DNA from: Octopus vulgaris
Lineage: Eukaryota
Length of the DNA: 64,000 bases
NCBI GenBank assembly: GCA_951406725.2
Contig: OX597821.1
Coordinates: 23,312,001 to 23,376,000, forward strand
Direction of reading: 5' to 3'
Each line of letters begins with the position of its first letter. Position 1 is the stretch's first letter. The position numbers and the translations under genes are program-made. Below the pieces are notes generated by a model. It ran no database searches. It saw only the letters and a list, made by a program, of their open reading frames with translations, and had not been told where the DNA came from. Shown here piece after piece: positions 11,106-24,264 of this stretch.

Positions 11106-13400
11106 TATATTCGTTTCGCCGTAAGATTCCTGATGTGAATTCGTGTGCTGAAACAAATATTGTTGTATTTGGGGATGGTCATGTTGCCAGTTTAGCCAAT
11201 AAAAACACACGCAGTATATATTTGTTGTTCATTTGCTTCAGCTTTATTTTATATTAATCGTATTTCGGCCAGAGTTCTTTCGTTACACTTCTGTGACCAC
11301 ATCGGTGGTCCTTTGCTTTCTTCTTTCTTTTTTTCTGTCTTTCCTTACTAATGTTCAGTCATTTTGTATTCCTATTGCATGTCTCTTTATTTGCGCATGC
11401 TTATACCCCTGTGTGTGTCTATGTTTAGTGTGTGTGTGTGTGTGGGGGGAATATGCCTGTATTATCAGTATCCTATGTTTATACCCGTTCGTTTGATTTG
11501 TTTTTATTTATTTTCTTCGTGTGTTTATACCTACTTATTTTTTTTATTTTCTTTCTTTTTTGTATTTAATTTAATTTAATTTATTTTATTCATGTATATA
11601 GTTATTTAATTCCATTTGTTTATCTGTGTATTGTATTATATTATATTCATATTGTTATCAGTTTATGGGGATCTTATTCTGTCATAGGTTGTGGTGTGTT
11701 GGGGTGTGTGCTAGTGTTCCATTCTAGTTTCCTATTCAGGCTAGGTTTATATTCTATTATGTGTGTAGCTTCTGTAATTTGTCTAAGCGTAGCGTCTGTT
11801 CTATGTGTGGACAGGATTTTAACTTCTATGTTGTTGAACGAGTCCCCGTGTTCCTACTCGGTGTGCTGTTATAGAACCGATGAGCTCGTTTTTTCCTTAA
11901 GTTCCCTACAATACTCATTTACCCCCTCTCCTATGCTCCGTGTTGTTTCCCCTACATACGTCGTTGTCTTGTTACTGCACCGCCCATCTGTAAATCTTAT
12001 AGACTATATTCCTGGCTTTACAGTTTGTTTGTGCGCTAAATCTACATACAGTACAGTTCCTATCAGTACAGGAGATTCTTCTAAAAGGGTAGGTTCTATC
12101 GATTACGGATTTGATAAGGTTGCCTGGCCTTTCTACAACCTTAATTCTTAACTAAGTTTGTCTAGGGCCCTTCTAAAGCGGTATACCAGTTCGCCTCTAG
12201 GGGTGGTGTCGACGAACATGGCACTCTGATATTTGTAGCTATCATACCATGAGTTGGCCGTCCCTATTTTCTTTTTAGTCCTTTCAAAGGTGTTTCGTAG
12301 GGTAGTCTATCATGACCTTAATACTCTGGTGGATGGAGTTAGCTATTTGCTGGATGATCTCCATAGTATTAGTTTCTATTTCTTTTTCAAGAGTACTCTC
12401 TTCTAGGGGTGCCTTTACCACTACGTTGATATCATCGACATAGCGAGAGTACATGTTCATGAGTATGGAGTTCTGTGTCAGGCATTCTTTAAGCTTTCTG
12501 TCCCACCACACCATAAAAAGGTTGGCTACATCACCGGCGATACTAATCCGGGCATATATTTTGTTGTTAAACTTAAATGTGTGGCCTTTTAGGGTAACTC
12601 TTATACTAGCTCTTAGTGCATGTGCGATCATTTTCTTTACTTGATATTCGTTTGCGGGCGTTCGTATGGTTCTGGTCCATCCGCTCCATCTCTCTATAGG
12701 GGTCTTCTTAGACATAGAATTGTGAGTGGTCTACCTCTTAAACGTCTACTGGGGCAGAAAATTCTAAGGCCATGTTTGTCTAGATATTCATTGTCATGTG
12801 TCAGTCTAAGTAGGAAGCCCAGTTTCTTGGTATTGACATTGCGGAACTCCACTTCGCTCTCGTTGATCATCTCCACGCACTTCACCGCAAAATCCACGTC
12901 GAAAGATGGGTATAGGGATACCACGTCCAAGCAACCCACTATACATCCTGTCGCAGGTGTTGTTACAGTTGTTGATCCTGCTGAGGAGATCTTCTGTGCT
13001 GTCACAAACGTCAGGTGACATCCGGATTATGGGGCGTATGATCACTGAGAGGAAGTAGGATATCCTGTGGTTGCTAGCGATGTTCGCTTCACAGACTGGT
13101 TTTGTTGGTGGTCCCGCTACAGGATCAGTGGTAATTTTGTGGTTCTTGCGAAGTCCATACAGCGTCGGGATATCGTTGTTCCGGGCTTGGAAATTGTTGG
13201 CCGTGCGTTTCTGAGGGCCAAGAACAATTGTCCACATCATCATGTGGGCGTTGAGGATCTTTTTCTCTTTCCTCATGCGCCTGCAAAGTTGTTACTTTCA
13301 TATTGGCCATGTGAGGTTGCACTGCCTGGATGTAGTTCGGCAAGCTGTCTATCTGTATCCTGCTGGACTTATCTGTTGGAAGGCATACCACCTCGTGCGC
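11106..13400 (-). mobile_element. Penelope-like retroelement, 5'-truncated and frameshifted (RT plus GIY-YIG endonuclease plus terminal repeat)
   Basis: RT motifs PTLYGLRKNHK, LDVVSLYPS, IAGDVANLFM and YSRYVDD in ORFs spanning 12284-13276. GIY-YIG motifs GIVYKI...YVGETTRSI...RQITEA...LNRK read on the minus strand at ~11720-12020. The 3' repeat carries a hammerhead-like motif and ends in (TA)n. Confidence 0.9.
11267..11310 (-). ncRNA. Hammerhead-like motif in the 3' terminal repeat of the Penelope-like element; homologues at 41397-41440 (-) and 41601-41643 (+)
   Basis: GACCA-CYGAUGY-G-GUCACA(GRAG)UGURAC-GAAA-GAAC-UH^UGGCC; A9 is substituted in all three copies. Confidence 0.65.
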
Positions 13401-14075
13401 TGCAGAGCTTAAATAACCTCATGATTCTTTGAATCTAAAGCTAAAAATACTAACAAGCACACACGTTTTCCACATAAACAGTGACGTAGACCGCTTCTAC
13501 CTAAGACGAAAACAAGGCGGCAGAAGCTTAACATTAATCCAAAATACCTTTGGATGTTGTATTATATCCCTTCGGCAACATCTTTTAACCACCAAATGTC
13601 GAAGAGCATCCCTTGACCAAGTTTGCATACATGAAGCTGATAAGATCATAAGACTTGGAAGGCAGCTCCTTGAGCAACAATCTTTGTTTGATAACATAGA
13701 ATACATGCCCAAAGAAGTTGCACGACTCAAACGCAACATATCAGATGAAAGGATGAGCCTATATGAGCTTGTTAGTAAAAAGCTCCGTGATGGTAGCAAC
13801 ATCGATCATGAAAGCAGTTTATCATAGACGAATAGCCGGATTATTAGCTCCTACTTTGAAGGGTATGCGTTTGCAATCCAGGAACAGGAAATATCAACCA
13901 AATACCTGATTCACAAAAGGAATAGAGATGCAGGAAAAGCCGTAAAATGTGTCAACCGATGCAGATTTTGTGGAGTTCACACTGAAGATGACACCATATC
14001 ATAGGCAGTTGTCCAGAAGTGTCATCACGATATTATCTACTGATGAGACATGATCTTGTAGCTAGGACACTCTAT
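13400..14075 (+). mobile_element. R4/Dong-clade non-LTR retrotransposon fragment (post-RT region plus CCHC knuckle)
   Basis: FHINSDVDRFYLRRKQGGRSL, AIQEQEISTKY, CRFCG, and RYY..RHDLVAR; stops and frameshifts; abuts (TACA)n. Confidence 0.8.
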
Positions 14076-14672
14076 ATATACATACATACATACATACATA
14101 CATACATACATACATACATACATACATACATACATACATACATACATACATACATAGACATACATACATACATACATACATACATACATACATACATACA
14201 TACATACATACATACATACATACATACATACATACATAGACATACATACATACATACATACATACATACATACATACATACATACATACATACATACATA
14301 CATACATACATACATACATACATACATACATAGTCATACATACATACATACATACATACATACATACATACATACATACATACATACATACATACATACA
14401 TACATACATACATACATACATAATGACTATAATCAGAAACGACTTATGAGCATTGAGCATATTTTCATGCCGCATCCTCTCACTCTCTCCATCAATCGAC
14501 GTTGTTTGAACAGGTGCACGGTGTACCACTCATCAGGTGTCGAAGTGATCGCTCAGCAACGTTAGATGAAGTGTTTTGCTCAAGAACACAACGTACCTCG
14601 CAGTCTAGGAATTGAAATCACGATCGCTAGATCGTGAGTGTAACACCCTAGCCACTAAGCCATGCACCCTAA

Positions 14673-14749
<77 letters not shown>

Positions 14750-15158
14750 TCTTTTACTCTTTTACTTGTTTCAGTCATTTGACTGTGGCCATGCTGGAGC
14801 ACCGCCTTTAGTCGAGCAAATCAATCCCAAGACTTATTCTTTGTAAGCCTAGTACTTATTCTATCGGTCTCTATTACCGAATCGCTAAGTTACGGGGACA
14901 TAAACACACCAGCATCGGTTGTCAAGCTATGTTGGGGGTGACAGACACAGACACAGACACACAAACATATATACACACACATACACATATATATACGACG
15001 GGCTTCTTTCAGTTTCCGCCTACCAAATCCACTGACAATGCTTTGGTTGGCCCGAGGCTATTGTAGAAGACACTTGCCCAAGGTGCCACGCAGTGGGACT
15101 GAACCCGAGACCATGTTGTTCGTAAGCAAGCTACTTACCACACAGCCGCTCCTACGCC
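14750..15158 (-). mobile_element. SINE family A, full-length
   Basis: Same consensus. Confidence 0.9.
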
Positions 15159-15189
15159 TACATACATACATATATATACAGATCTGTAC

Positions 15190-15271
<82 letters not shown>

Positions 15272-15514
15272 GTGTGTGTGTGTGCATGTATGTATGTATG
15301 TATGTATGTATGTATGTATGTATTATGCATGTATATAATGTTTATTTAAAGAGTGGTAAACTAAAGCAATATCTTTGTGGAAGCCACATTCTAAATGCGA
15401 GTTAAGACTGGAAAATGTATGGCTGTGAGATAGATTGTACGAGACGGACGAATTGTAACAGGAAGATTACACGTTTATATAATAGTGAAATGAAACCCGA
15501 CTAATCAACAAGAA

Positions 15515-15595
<81 letters not shown>

Positions 15596-15865
15596 AAGGC
15601 GGAGTAGGGGTAAGGAGAGCACTAAATGTCATCAGTGTGTTGCAATTTAAATAAAAAAAATAACAGTTTTCTTAAAGAAAATGTAGGCGTACACATGTAG
15701 GAAGTGTCACATTTTTTAGGAAATCAGTGAACGAACATGTGACTAAGTAAAATGTTTTATGACCGCATATTCAAGCAAATATGTGTGTCTCTATCTTTCT
15801 GTCTTTCTGTCTCTCTATTTATTTGTCTGCCTATCTATCTGTCTATCTGTCTGTCTGCCTGTCTG

Positions 15866-15930
<65 letters not shown>

Positions 15931-16499
15931 TTGCCTGTCTGTCTGCCTGCCTATCTTATTTTATTTCTCTATTGCCCATAAGGCGCTAAACACAGAGGGG
16001 ACAAACAAAGATAGACAAAGGGATTAAGTCGATTGCATCAAACCCCAGTGCGTAAATGGTATTTAATTTATCGACCCCGAAAGGATGAAAGGCAAAGTCG
16101 ACCTCGGCAGAATTTGAACTCAGAACGTAGCGGCAGACGAAATACCTATTTCTTTACTACCCACAAAGGGCTAAACACAGAGAGAACAAACAAGGACAGA
16201 CCAAGGGATTAAGTCGATTATATCGACCCCAGTGCGTAACTGGTAATTATTTAATCGACCCCGAAAGGATGGAAGACAACGTCGACCTCAGCGGAATTTG
16301 AACTCAGAACGTAACGGCAGACGAAATGCAGCTACGCATTTCGCCCGGCGTGCTAACGTTTCTGCCAGCTCGCTTGACCCTGATTCATGGCTTCCACGGT
16401 TTTGAGTAGTATAGAACCACCCATTAGCCCCTATTGTTCCCAGGTGTACCCTGACCCGGAATAGTAGCACCTGTTAGGATCCTAGCAATGGACACGATC

Positions 16500-16900
16500 A
16501 GCCAAAATACTCAGATAACTTTTGACGTTAACTCTGCCATGAGAATTCCGTGATATGGCTGCCCATCATCACAGAGCCGTCCCCGTACTTCACGGTTGGA
16601 TCCAAAGTCAGGCCTGAAGGCTATTTTCGTTTGTCTCCAGACATAAGCTTGTTCCCCAAGTGAGAAAAACACGCTGAATGACGTTTCATCAGAGATGATT
16701 GTTTCATTGAGCCACTGATCACCATTTTTTCTAAGCACCATTTTTTCTGCATATCAACGTAGATGGGTGAGAGATGAGGTTTAGCAACTACAGTCCTCCC
16801 ACATAATATCCAGCTTTATGGACCTCACAACGAACGGTTTTACTTAGGGTTGGCAAGGTAGATGTGTAGTCCTATTGGCCCTTTTACTGATAGAGTTCGA
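16500..16900 (-). mobile_element. Tc1-like transposase fragment
   Basis: QW...IISDETSF...YVWR in ORF 16511-16741, with a KPHL-like motif upstream. Confidence 0.65.
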
Positions 16901-17587
16901 TATTTCTAGACACACTGGGTGCGCGCGAGCGCTCGTACGTGTGTGCGTGTTTCCAATTCACAACAAAAGCTACTCATTAGATGAGTTGTAACTTGACCTC
17001 TGAACAAAAATATTAACCCATCCTCAAAAGTGTAACCTCTCTCTTTAACCATATCATTTAAGTTATTTGCTCAAATCAATACAAAAGTCAATCGCAACAA
17101 TTTAACTTTAGTAATTTCAGTCAAATCTATTAATAATACAAACGTGTAGAATTAAGGATTGTTCCGCACCATTCATACTTAACAATAATTTTCGACTATG
17201 ATCTCAAGATATTTAAACTAATATACAAATACACTTATCACTCCACGTACATGGTTCCAAGTTCAACACATCCTTAAGTAAACATCGAACAACTTAATCT
17301 ACCTCACAGTTATGAACAGTCCACCCCAAGGCAACACCCAGCGTAGGCTGTCACATTCTGATGTAATTTTGGAACTTTATATATGTGTGCGTATATATAT
17401 ACATATATATGCATATAGCGTAGGAGTGGCCGTGTGGTAAGTAGCTTGCTTACCAACCACATGGTTCTGGGTTCAGTCGCACTGCGTGGCACCTAGTGTC
17501 TTCTACTATAGCCTCAGGCCGACCAAAGCCTTGTGAACGGATTTGGTAGACGGAAAACTGAAAGAAGCCCGTTGTATAAATACATGT

Positions 17588-17626
<39 letters not shown>

Positions 17627-17790
17627 TGTGTGTATGTGTGTGTGTGTGTGTGTGTGTATGTTTGTATGTTTGTGTTTGTCCATCAGCATCGCTTGACAAC
17701 CGATGCTGGTGTGTTTACGTCCCCGTAACTTAGCAGTTCGGCATAAGAGACCGAGAGAATAAGTACTAGGATTACAAAGAATAAGTCCTG

Positions 17791-17866
17791 GCAGCAAGCT
17801 TTTCGAACAAACGCTCTCTAGGAGCCCATGGGCTCCTAGAGAGCGTTTGTTCGAAAATCTTGCTGC
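17791..17866. repeat. Spacer-less 76-bp palindrome
   Basis: Centre GGAGCCCA|TGGGCTCC, one mismatch. Confidence 0.92.
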
Positions 17867-18025
17867 GCATTTATTTGGAGATTTAAGTTCCTGGATTTTC
17901 CTGAAGAGAAGGCTGCAAAATGGTCTCTTTATTCAATTGGGGAATTTGCAGCCTTTGAAACATATGTAGAAAATAATAAAAAGGAATTTTGTAAAATCTT
18001 CGTTCAGCTCCATTTCTTCCCTCAC

Positions 18026-18082
<57 letters not shown>

Positions 18083-18311
18083 GACGAGCTTTTTTCAGTT
18101 TTCGTCTACCAAATCCACTCACAAGACTTTGGTCGGCCTGAGGTTATATTAGAAGATACTTGCCTAAGGTGCCACGCAGTGGGATTGAACCCGGAATCAT
18201 GTGGTTGGGAAGCAAGCTTTTTACCTCACAGCCAATGTCTGTATGTATGTATGTACGCTTGTATGTATGTATGTATGTATGTATGTATGTATGTATGTAT
18301 GTATGTATTAT

Positions 18312-18780
18312 GTCAGGTCACTTTCGAGTGCTACTGGTAACATGTAACCCAGTACAACCTGTTGCATGGTCGAGCAGTCGATGACTAAACCGGCAACCCC
18401 ACCAAGCTTGCTTGGTGAGGAGGGTGTTTATTGGACACCCTGCGGGATGAAAAACAAAACCTGTCAAAGGGCGGAGGAACTCTTGAGAGTCAACGGCCAT
18501 CCAATAAATGTCTTAAGGCTTTATTATGCGCGGGGACACAGAAATAATCGGACTGAATACCCGATCGCGCAGTTAAACCATTGGGAGTGAAGGACTCCTA
18601 GCCTTTGTTAGGGCATCCTTCTAGGAGAAGGTAACTCAGGTAACTGGGATAACTCCGACATAAAACCTGCGGTTCAGTGGTTACCGATGATGTTGACTTG
18701 TTCTTCTTTTCGGATTATGGCTGCTGTTGCTTAGTGAGTGGAATTGACTCAGTGCATAGCCTTTCCTCACTTTAAAAAAA
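18312..18780 (+). mobile_element. Probable RTE-clade 5' UTR fragment
   Basis: Hairpin-rich, higher-GC block with GGGCATCCTTCTAGGAGAAGGTAACTC, resembling RTE 5' UTRs; recognition only. Confidence 0.4.
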
Positions 18781-20019
18781 AATCTTGCACAGGCATTGCT
18801 CGATAACAACATTGATTGATTGATTAAATTGATTAACTAATTCATGATTGTTGATGGCGCTGTGAGTCTCAACTGAATGGCTGGCTGTAGCCTTAAAAAG
18901 CAAATAAAAGTCACATTCGATCACAGCACCAATAACAGTTAAGCTTCGTGCAATGGCCATACTCGATAACGAGGGGGCAACCATCATCATGTATGTATGT
19001 ATGTATGTATGTATGTATGTATGTATGTATGTATGTATGTATGTATGTATGTATGTATGTATGTATGTAGCCTAGAGACTTGCTCTCGAGCCTGGTCACT
19101 TTTTATTTCAGTAATTCACCTATATCATGTTTCTAGATTTCCTCCTCTATCATGAACTGACAAATCACTATGTAGTCGCTGTATAAACCTGTGCACGCTT
19201 TGATTGTCTTTTAAAAGAAACTTGAGAAATGTGGGAGAAAACTTAGTCAAGGTTATCAATAACATATTTGGAAAATTTGACCACTGATATAGAAAGAGAA
19301 ACCTTTCCCATAAACACTCTCTCTAACAATACCAATTAAATCTTGTTAGAACCAGTACAAAGGACATCCTAGTAGTTTAGCCTTTCTCGAATGTTTTCTA
19401 TGAAATCCATTGGTAATACAAACTGGATTTTTAACCCGGCAGAAGACAGATATGTTTGAGTATAAACAAGAGACAGCAATACTGGCAGAACTGCATCTGT
19501 CTTTTTTTTTTTTCTTTTACTTGTTTCAGACATTATACTGCAGCCATGCTGGGGCACCACCTTGAATTTTTAATCGAATGAATAGACCCCCCGCCCAGGA
19601 CTTTTTTTTTAGCTTGATACTTATTCTATCGGTCTCTTTGGCCGAATCCCTTAGTTACGGGGACGCAAACACACCAACACCGGTTGTCAAGCAGTGTAGG
19701 TTGGAAAAACACAAGCACAAAGACTCACACATATAGATACATACATACATACATACATACATACATACATACATACATACATACATACATACATACATAC
19801 ATACATACAAACGACGGGCGTCTTTCAGTTCCGTCCACCAAATCCACTCACAAGGCTTTGGTCGGCCGGAGGCTATAGTAGAAGGTGTCACGCAGTGGGA
19901 CTGAACCCGGAACCATGTGGCTGGGAAGCAAAACTTATTTATTTCTCCAATTAGAACAAGTGTAACATTTAAAAATATCAGAAAGATGCGCAGTAACGAT
20001 TACATTATATAATTGATCG

Positions 20020-20945
20020 GAAGGCGGCCGAAATGCACGCCGGCCGAAATGCTTAGCGGTATTTCGTCTGTCTTTATGTTCTGAGTTCAAATTACGCCGG
20101 GGTCGACTTTGCCTTTCATCCGTTCGGGGTCGATTAAATAAGTATCAGTTTCGCACTGGGGTCGATATAATCGACTTAATCCGTTTGTCTGTCCTTGTTT
20201 GTCCTCTCTATGTTTAGCCCCTTGTGGGTAGTAAAGAAATAGGTATTTCGTCTGCCGCTACGTTCTGAGTTCAAATTCCGTCGAGGTCGACTTTGCCTTT
20301 CATCATTTTGGGGTCGATTAAGTAAGAACTAGTTACGCACTGGGGTCGATATAATCGACTTAATCCGTTTGTCTGTCCTTGTTTGTCCTCTCTATGTTTA
20401 GCCCCTTGTGGGTAGTAAAGAGATAGGTATTTCGTCTGCCGCTACGTTCTGAGTTCAAATTCCGCCGAGGTCGACTTTGCCTTTCATCCTTTTGGTGTCG
20501 ATTAAATAAGTACCAGTTATGCACTGGGGTCAATATAATTGACTTAATCTGTCTGTCTGTCCTTGTTTGGCCTCTCTGTGTTTAGCCCCTTGTGGGTAGT
20601 AAAGAGATAGGTATTTCGTCTGCCGCTACGTTCTGAGTTCAAATTCCGCCGAGGTCGACTTTGCCTTTCATCCTTTTGGTGTCGATTAAATAAGTACCAG
20701 TTATGCACTGGGGTCAATATAATTGACTTAATCTGTCTGTCCTTGTTTGGCCTCTCTGTGTTTAGCCCCTTGTGGGTAGTAAAGAGATAGGTATTTCGTC
20801 TGCCGCTACGTTCTGAGTTCAAATTCCGCCGAGGTCGACTTTGCCTTTCATCCTTTCAGGGTCAGTTGCATACTGGGGTCGATCTAATCGACTGGCTCCC
20901 TCCCCCAAAATTTCTGGCCTTGTACCTAGAGTAGAAAAGATTATT
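20020..20945 (+). repeat. Tandem array of SINE family B bodies, period 180-184 bp
   Basis: Unit starts GTATTTCGTCTG at 20059, 20243, 20427, 20611 and 20791. Confidence 0.92.
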
Positions 20946-21545
20946 TTCATCTTAAGGATGTACGTAAATGTCCAGATCAAATTTCAGAAATATCTACATG
21001 GTTTGTTGAAAATATTCATCGCATATAATATCATAGAAATATAAATAATTGCACCTAACCTCTATTGATCGAATGGCCGACTGGAGGAGTCGTTAGACCG
21101 TCGGACAGTTTGTAGCGTGGTAATTGTCCCAGCACTCTGAGTTCAAATACCACCAAAATCAACTTCATTCTTTTTATTATTTCTGGGTCGATAAATGAAC
21201 TACTAATCTCATACTGGAATCGATTCTTTTTTTTAATTTATTTATGTCTGTCTTTCGCCTGGAGGGGAAAGTGATGAAAGGGACTTTGAAGAAGTGGGTA
21301 AAACCGTACACACCTGGATTTTTATCAAAACAGATATGAGACTAGGGGGTCAACGATGGTGCAAATGCATCACTTGCCTTGTGATGAAGACTATGTTGAA
21401 TGGTACCTTTGTACAGCAGAAGAGTTACATTGCAGACAGGTGCAATTCCAAGGATCCTATATCAGTTAATAAAAACGTTATACCCACTTTTGCATTATTT
21501 TCGGTATAACTTTCTATCTCTCGCACGCGCGTACTTGTATGTATG

Positions 21546-21610
<65 letters not shown>

Positions 21611-21895
21611 CTTTTATCTTTTACTTAATTTTAGTCATTGGACTGTGGCCCTGCTGTGACTGCCGTGGCCCTGTTGTGACATTGTCGTGGCACCGTTTTC
21701 AAGGGGTTTTGAGTGAAACTAATTGACCTCAGTACTTATTCTACCGGTCTCTTTTGCCGAACCTCTAAGTTACAGGGATGTAAACAAACCAGCACCAGTT
21801 CTCAAGCACCAGTGGGGGGAAAAAACACAAAAACACTCACATGAATGTGTGTATGTATGTATGTATGTATGTATGTATGTATGTATGTATGTATG

Positions 21896-21964
<69 letters not shown>

Positions 21965-22059
21965 TAATCCAAACAAGAAAACACAAAAAACACAACAACG
22001 CGAGGACGTGGAACAAATACAGTATTATTGGACGCTCAGGAAAGAAGGGAAGAAGGAGA

Positions 22060-22094
22060 GTTTAACGTTTCGAGCGGAGCTCTTCGTCGGAAAC
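22060..22094 (-). ncRNA. Minimal hammerhead motif (CCGACGA core); tandem second copy at 22296-22330 (CUGAUGA core, damaged stem II, GUG triplet)
   Basis: GUUU-CCGACGA-A-GAGC(UCC)GCUC-GAAA-CG-UU^AAAC within ~230-bp direct repeats (21961-22165 and 22193-22400). Confidence 0.7.
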
Positions 22095-22485
22095 ATAGGT
22101 GAAGGAAAGATCCCGAGAAGGGAAGACAGAGGAAAAAAAAATCGTCAGCGGTACTCACGAGAATAGCAATAATAAATCTCTGAATACATATATAGTCAAT
22201 CCAAACATGAACAAGCAAGAAAAAAACAACAACGCGAGGACGTGGTACAAGTACAGTATTATTGGACGCTCAGCAAAGGAAAGAAAAGGAAGAGGATTTC
22301 ACGTTTCAAGCGGAGGTCTTCATCAGAAATATAGAAAAAGTCCAAAGAAGGGAAGACGGAGAAAGAAAATCGCCTACGATACACACGTGGTCACATACAA
22401 AATCTTTAAGTAGTTAGCGTGAGAAACCTTATAAGGGAAAAAAATTTAATTATTCCCTTTAAATATATTTATTTGTATTAAGGGC

Positions 22486-22618
22486 ATTACTATACATAAA
22501 TGCCTCACGCTATGAGGGACTCTTAAAGTCAAAGCTACCATAATAAACAAAATTTGTTTATTATGGTAGTTTTGACTTAAAGAGTCTTTCGTAGCGTGAG
22601 GCATTTATGTATATAATA
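22486..22618. repeat. ~130-bp near-perfect palindrome next to (TA)n
   Basis: Centre AATAAACAAAATTTGTTTATT. Confidence 0.9.
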
Positions 22619-22625
22619 TAAATAT

Positions 22626-22658
<33 letters not shown>

Positions 22659-23205
22659 AAGGTGGCTATTCACAATTTATAACCGAAAGGCAAAAACTAT
22701 AGACGTCACTAAAGTGACAAGGGTACTAGTTAGCACCAGCTTTGCTAGAAATAAGAGTCAAAACAATTCTTAGCCACGAGAAAGCACTTAACGTTTGACT
22801 GTCAAGGGAGAATGTGCCGAGCCTTTGTCTTGCTACTCTGAGTTTCACCTATGCAACCACAGACAAAGCACAGAGTATCTAAGGACTAATACGACAAAAA
22901 AGATGATTATTCTTCTACAGTGCCGAGAACTCTTTTAATCCCAGACGCTCATATAACCAAACCATGTAAATGTAGCGGGCAATTCCTACATTGAGAAGCA
23001 GTCGTAAAAAAAACACGCTAGTGGGTTAAGGGAGATAACTACAGTAGAATAGATTTACTTACCTTTCAACAAAAGCTAGTTCTTATAAATTTTAGCCTTT
23101 CAATTCATCATGGCTTTTAATATAAAGATTAACTTACCTATCTACCAGACCGTCATATCACGTATATTTCGAGCTAGTGCACTCTATTGAATATGTTAAC
23201 AATAA

Positions 23206-23277
<72 letters not shown>

Positions 23278-23564
23278 AAATAATAAATAAATGCGCCCTT
23301 TTAAAGCCTAGCCAGGCTCATGGGCCCGGTTTCTATGGCGTATGTGCTCCCCAGCTGGACGGGACGCCAGTCCATCGCAGCGTTACTCATTTTTGCTAGC
23401 TGAGTGGACTGGAGCAACGTGAAATGAAGTGTTTTGCTCAAGAACACAACGTGTCGCCCGGTTCAGGAATTGAAACCACAATCTTACGATCATGATGCAG
23501 ACACCCCAACCACGCGCCTCCACAAAAAAAAAAGGAAAAATTAATGTGAATAAGATGAATGACT

Positions 23565-24022
23565 AAGTCCACCTCGGCGGAATTTGAACTGAGAACATAC
23601 CGTCAGACGAAATACCTATTTCTATTTCTTTATTACCCACAAGGGGTTAAACATAGAGGGGACAAACAAAGGTATTAAGTCGATTACATCGACCCCAGTG
23701 CGTAACTGGTACTTAATTTATCAACCCCGAAAAGATGAAAGGCAAAGTCCACCTCGGCGGAATTTGAACTGAGAACATACCGTCAGACGAAATACCTATT
23801 TCTATTTCTTTATTACCCACAAGGGGTTAAACATAGAGGGGACAAACAAAGGTATTAAGTCGATTACATCGACCCCAGTGCGTAACTGGTACTTAATTTA
23901 TCAACCCCGAAAAGATGAAAGGCAAAGTCGACCTCGGCGGAATTTGAACTCAGAACGTAACGGCAGACGAAATACGGCTGCGTATTTCGCCCGGCTTGCT
24001 AACGTTTCTGCCAGCTCGCCGC
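23565..24022 (-). repeat. Tandem array of SINE family B (period 180 bp); similar dimer at 15960-16372
   Basis: Same tail-to-GTATTTCGTC junction as the 20-kb array. Confidence 0.88.
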
Positions 24023-24264
24023 TTTGTCTAACACAATATATAAAAACACAATACACATTAAAACACACAATATATAAACACATGCAAACGGAAAACAGAG
24101 ACAGAAGGCTGCCAAATCCTCATCAATTATCGGCCAAAGGTTCGAGGCAATTTCACGCCTTTAATGATATCACCCTCCTTCAGTGGCACCAGCGATGAAG
24201 CTAAATACCTACCTACCTACCTACATACATACATACATACATACCTACATACATACATACATAC

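Noticed and set aside
20059-20860. Regular repeat array as a possible CRISPR-like locus
   Set aside because: Units are whole ~184-bp SINE bodies with no unique spacers, and the context is eukaryotic.
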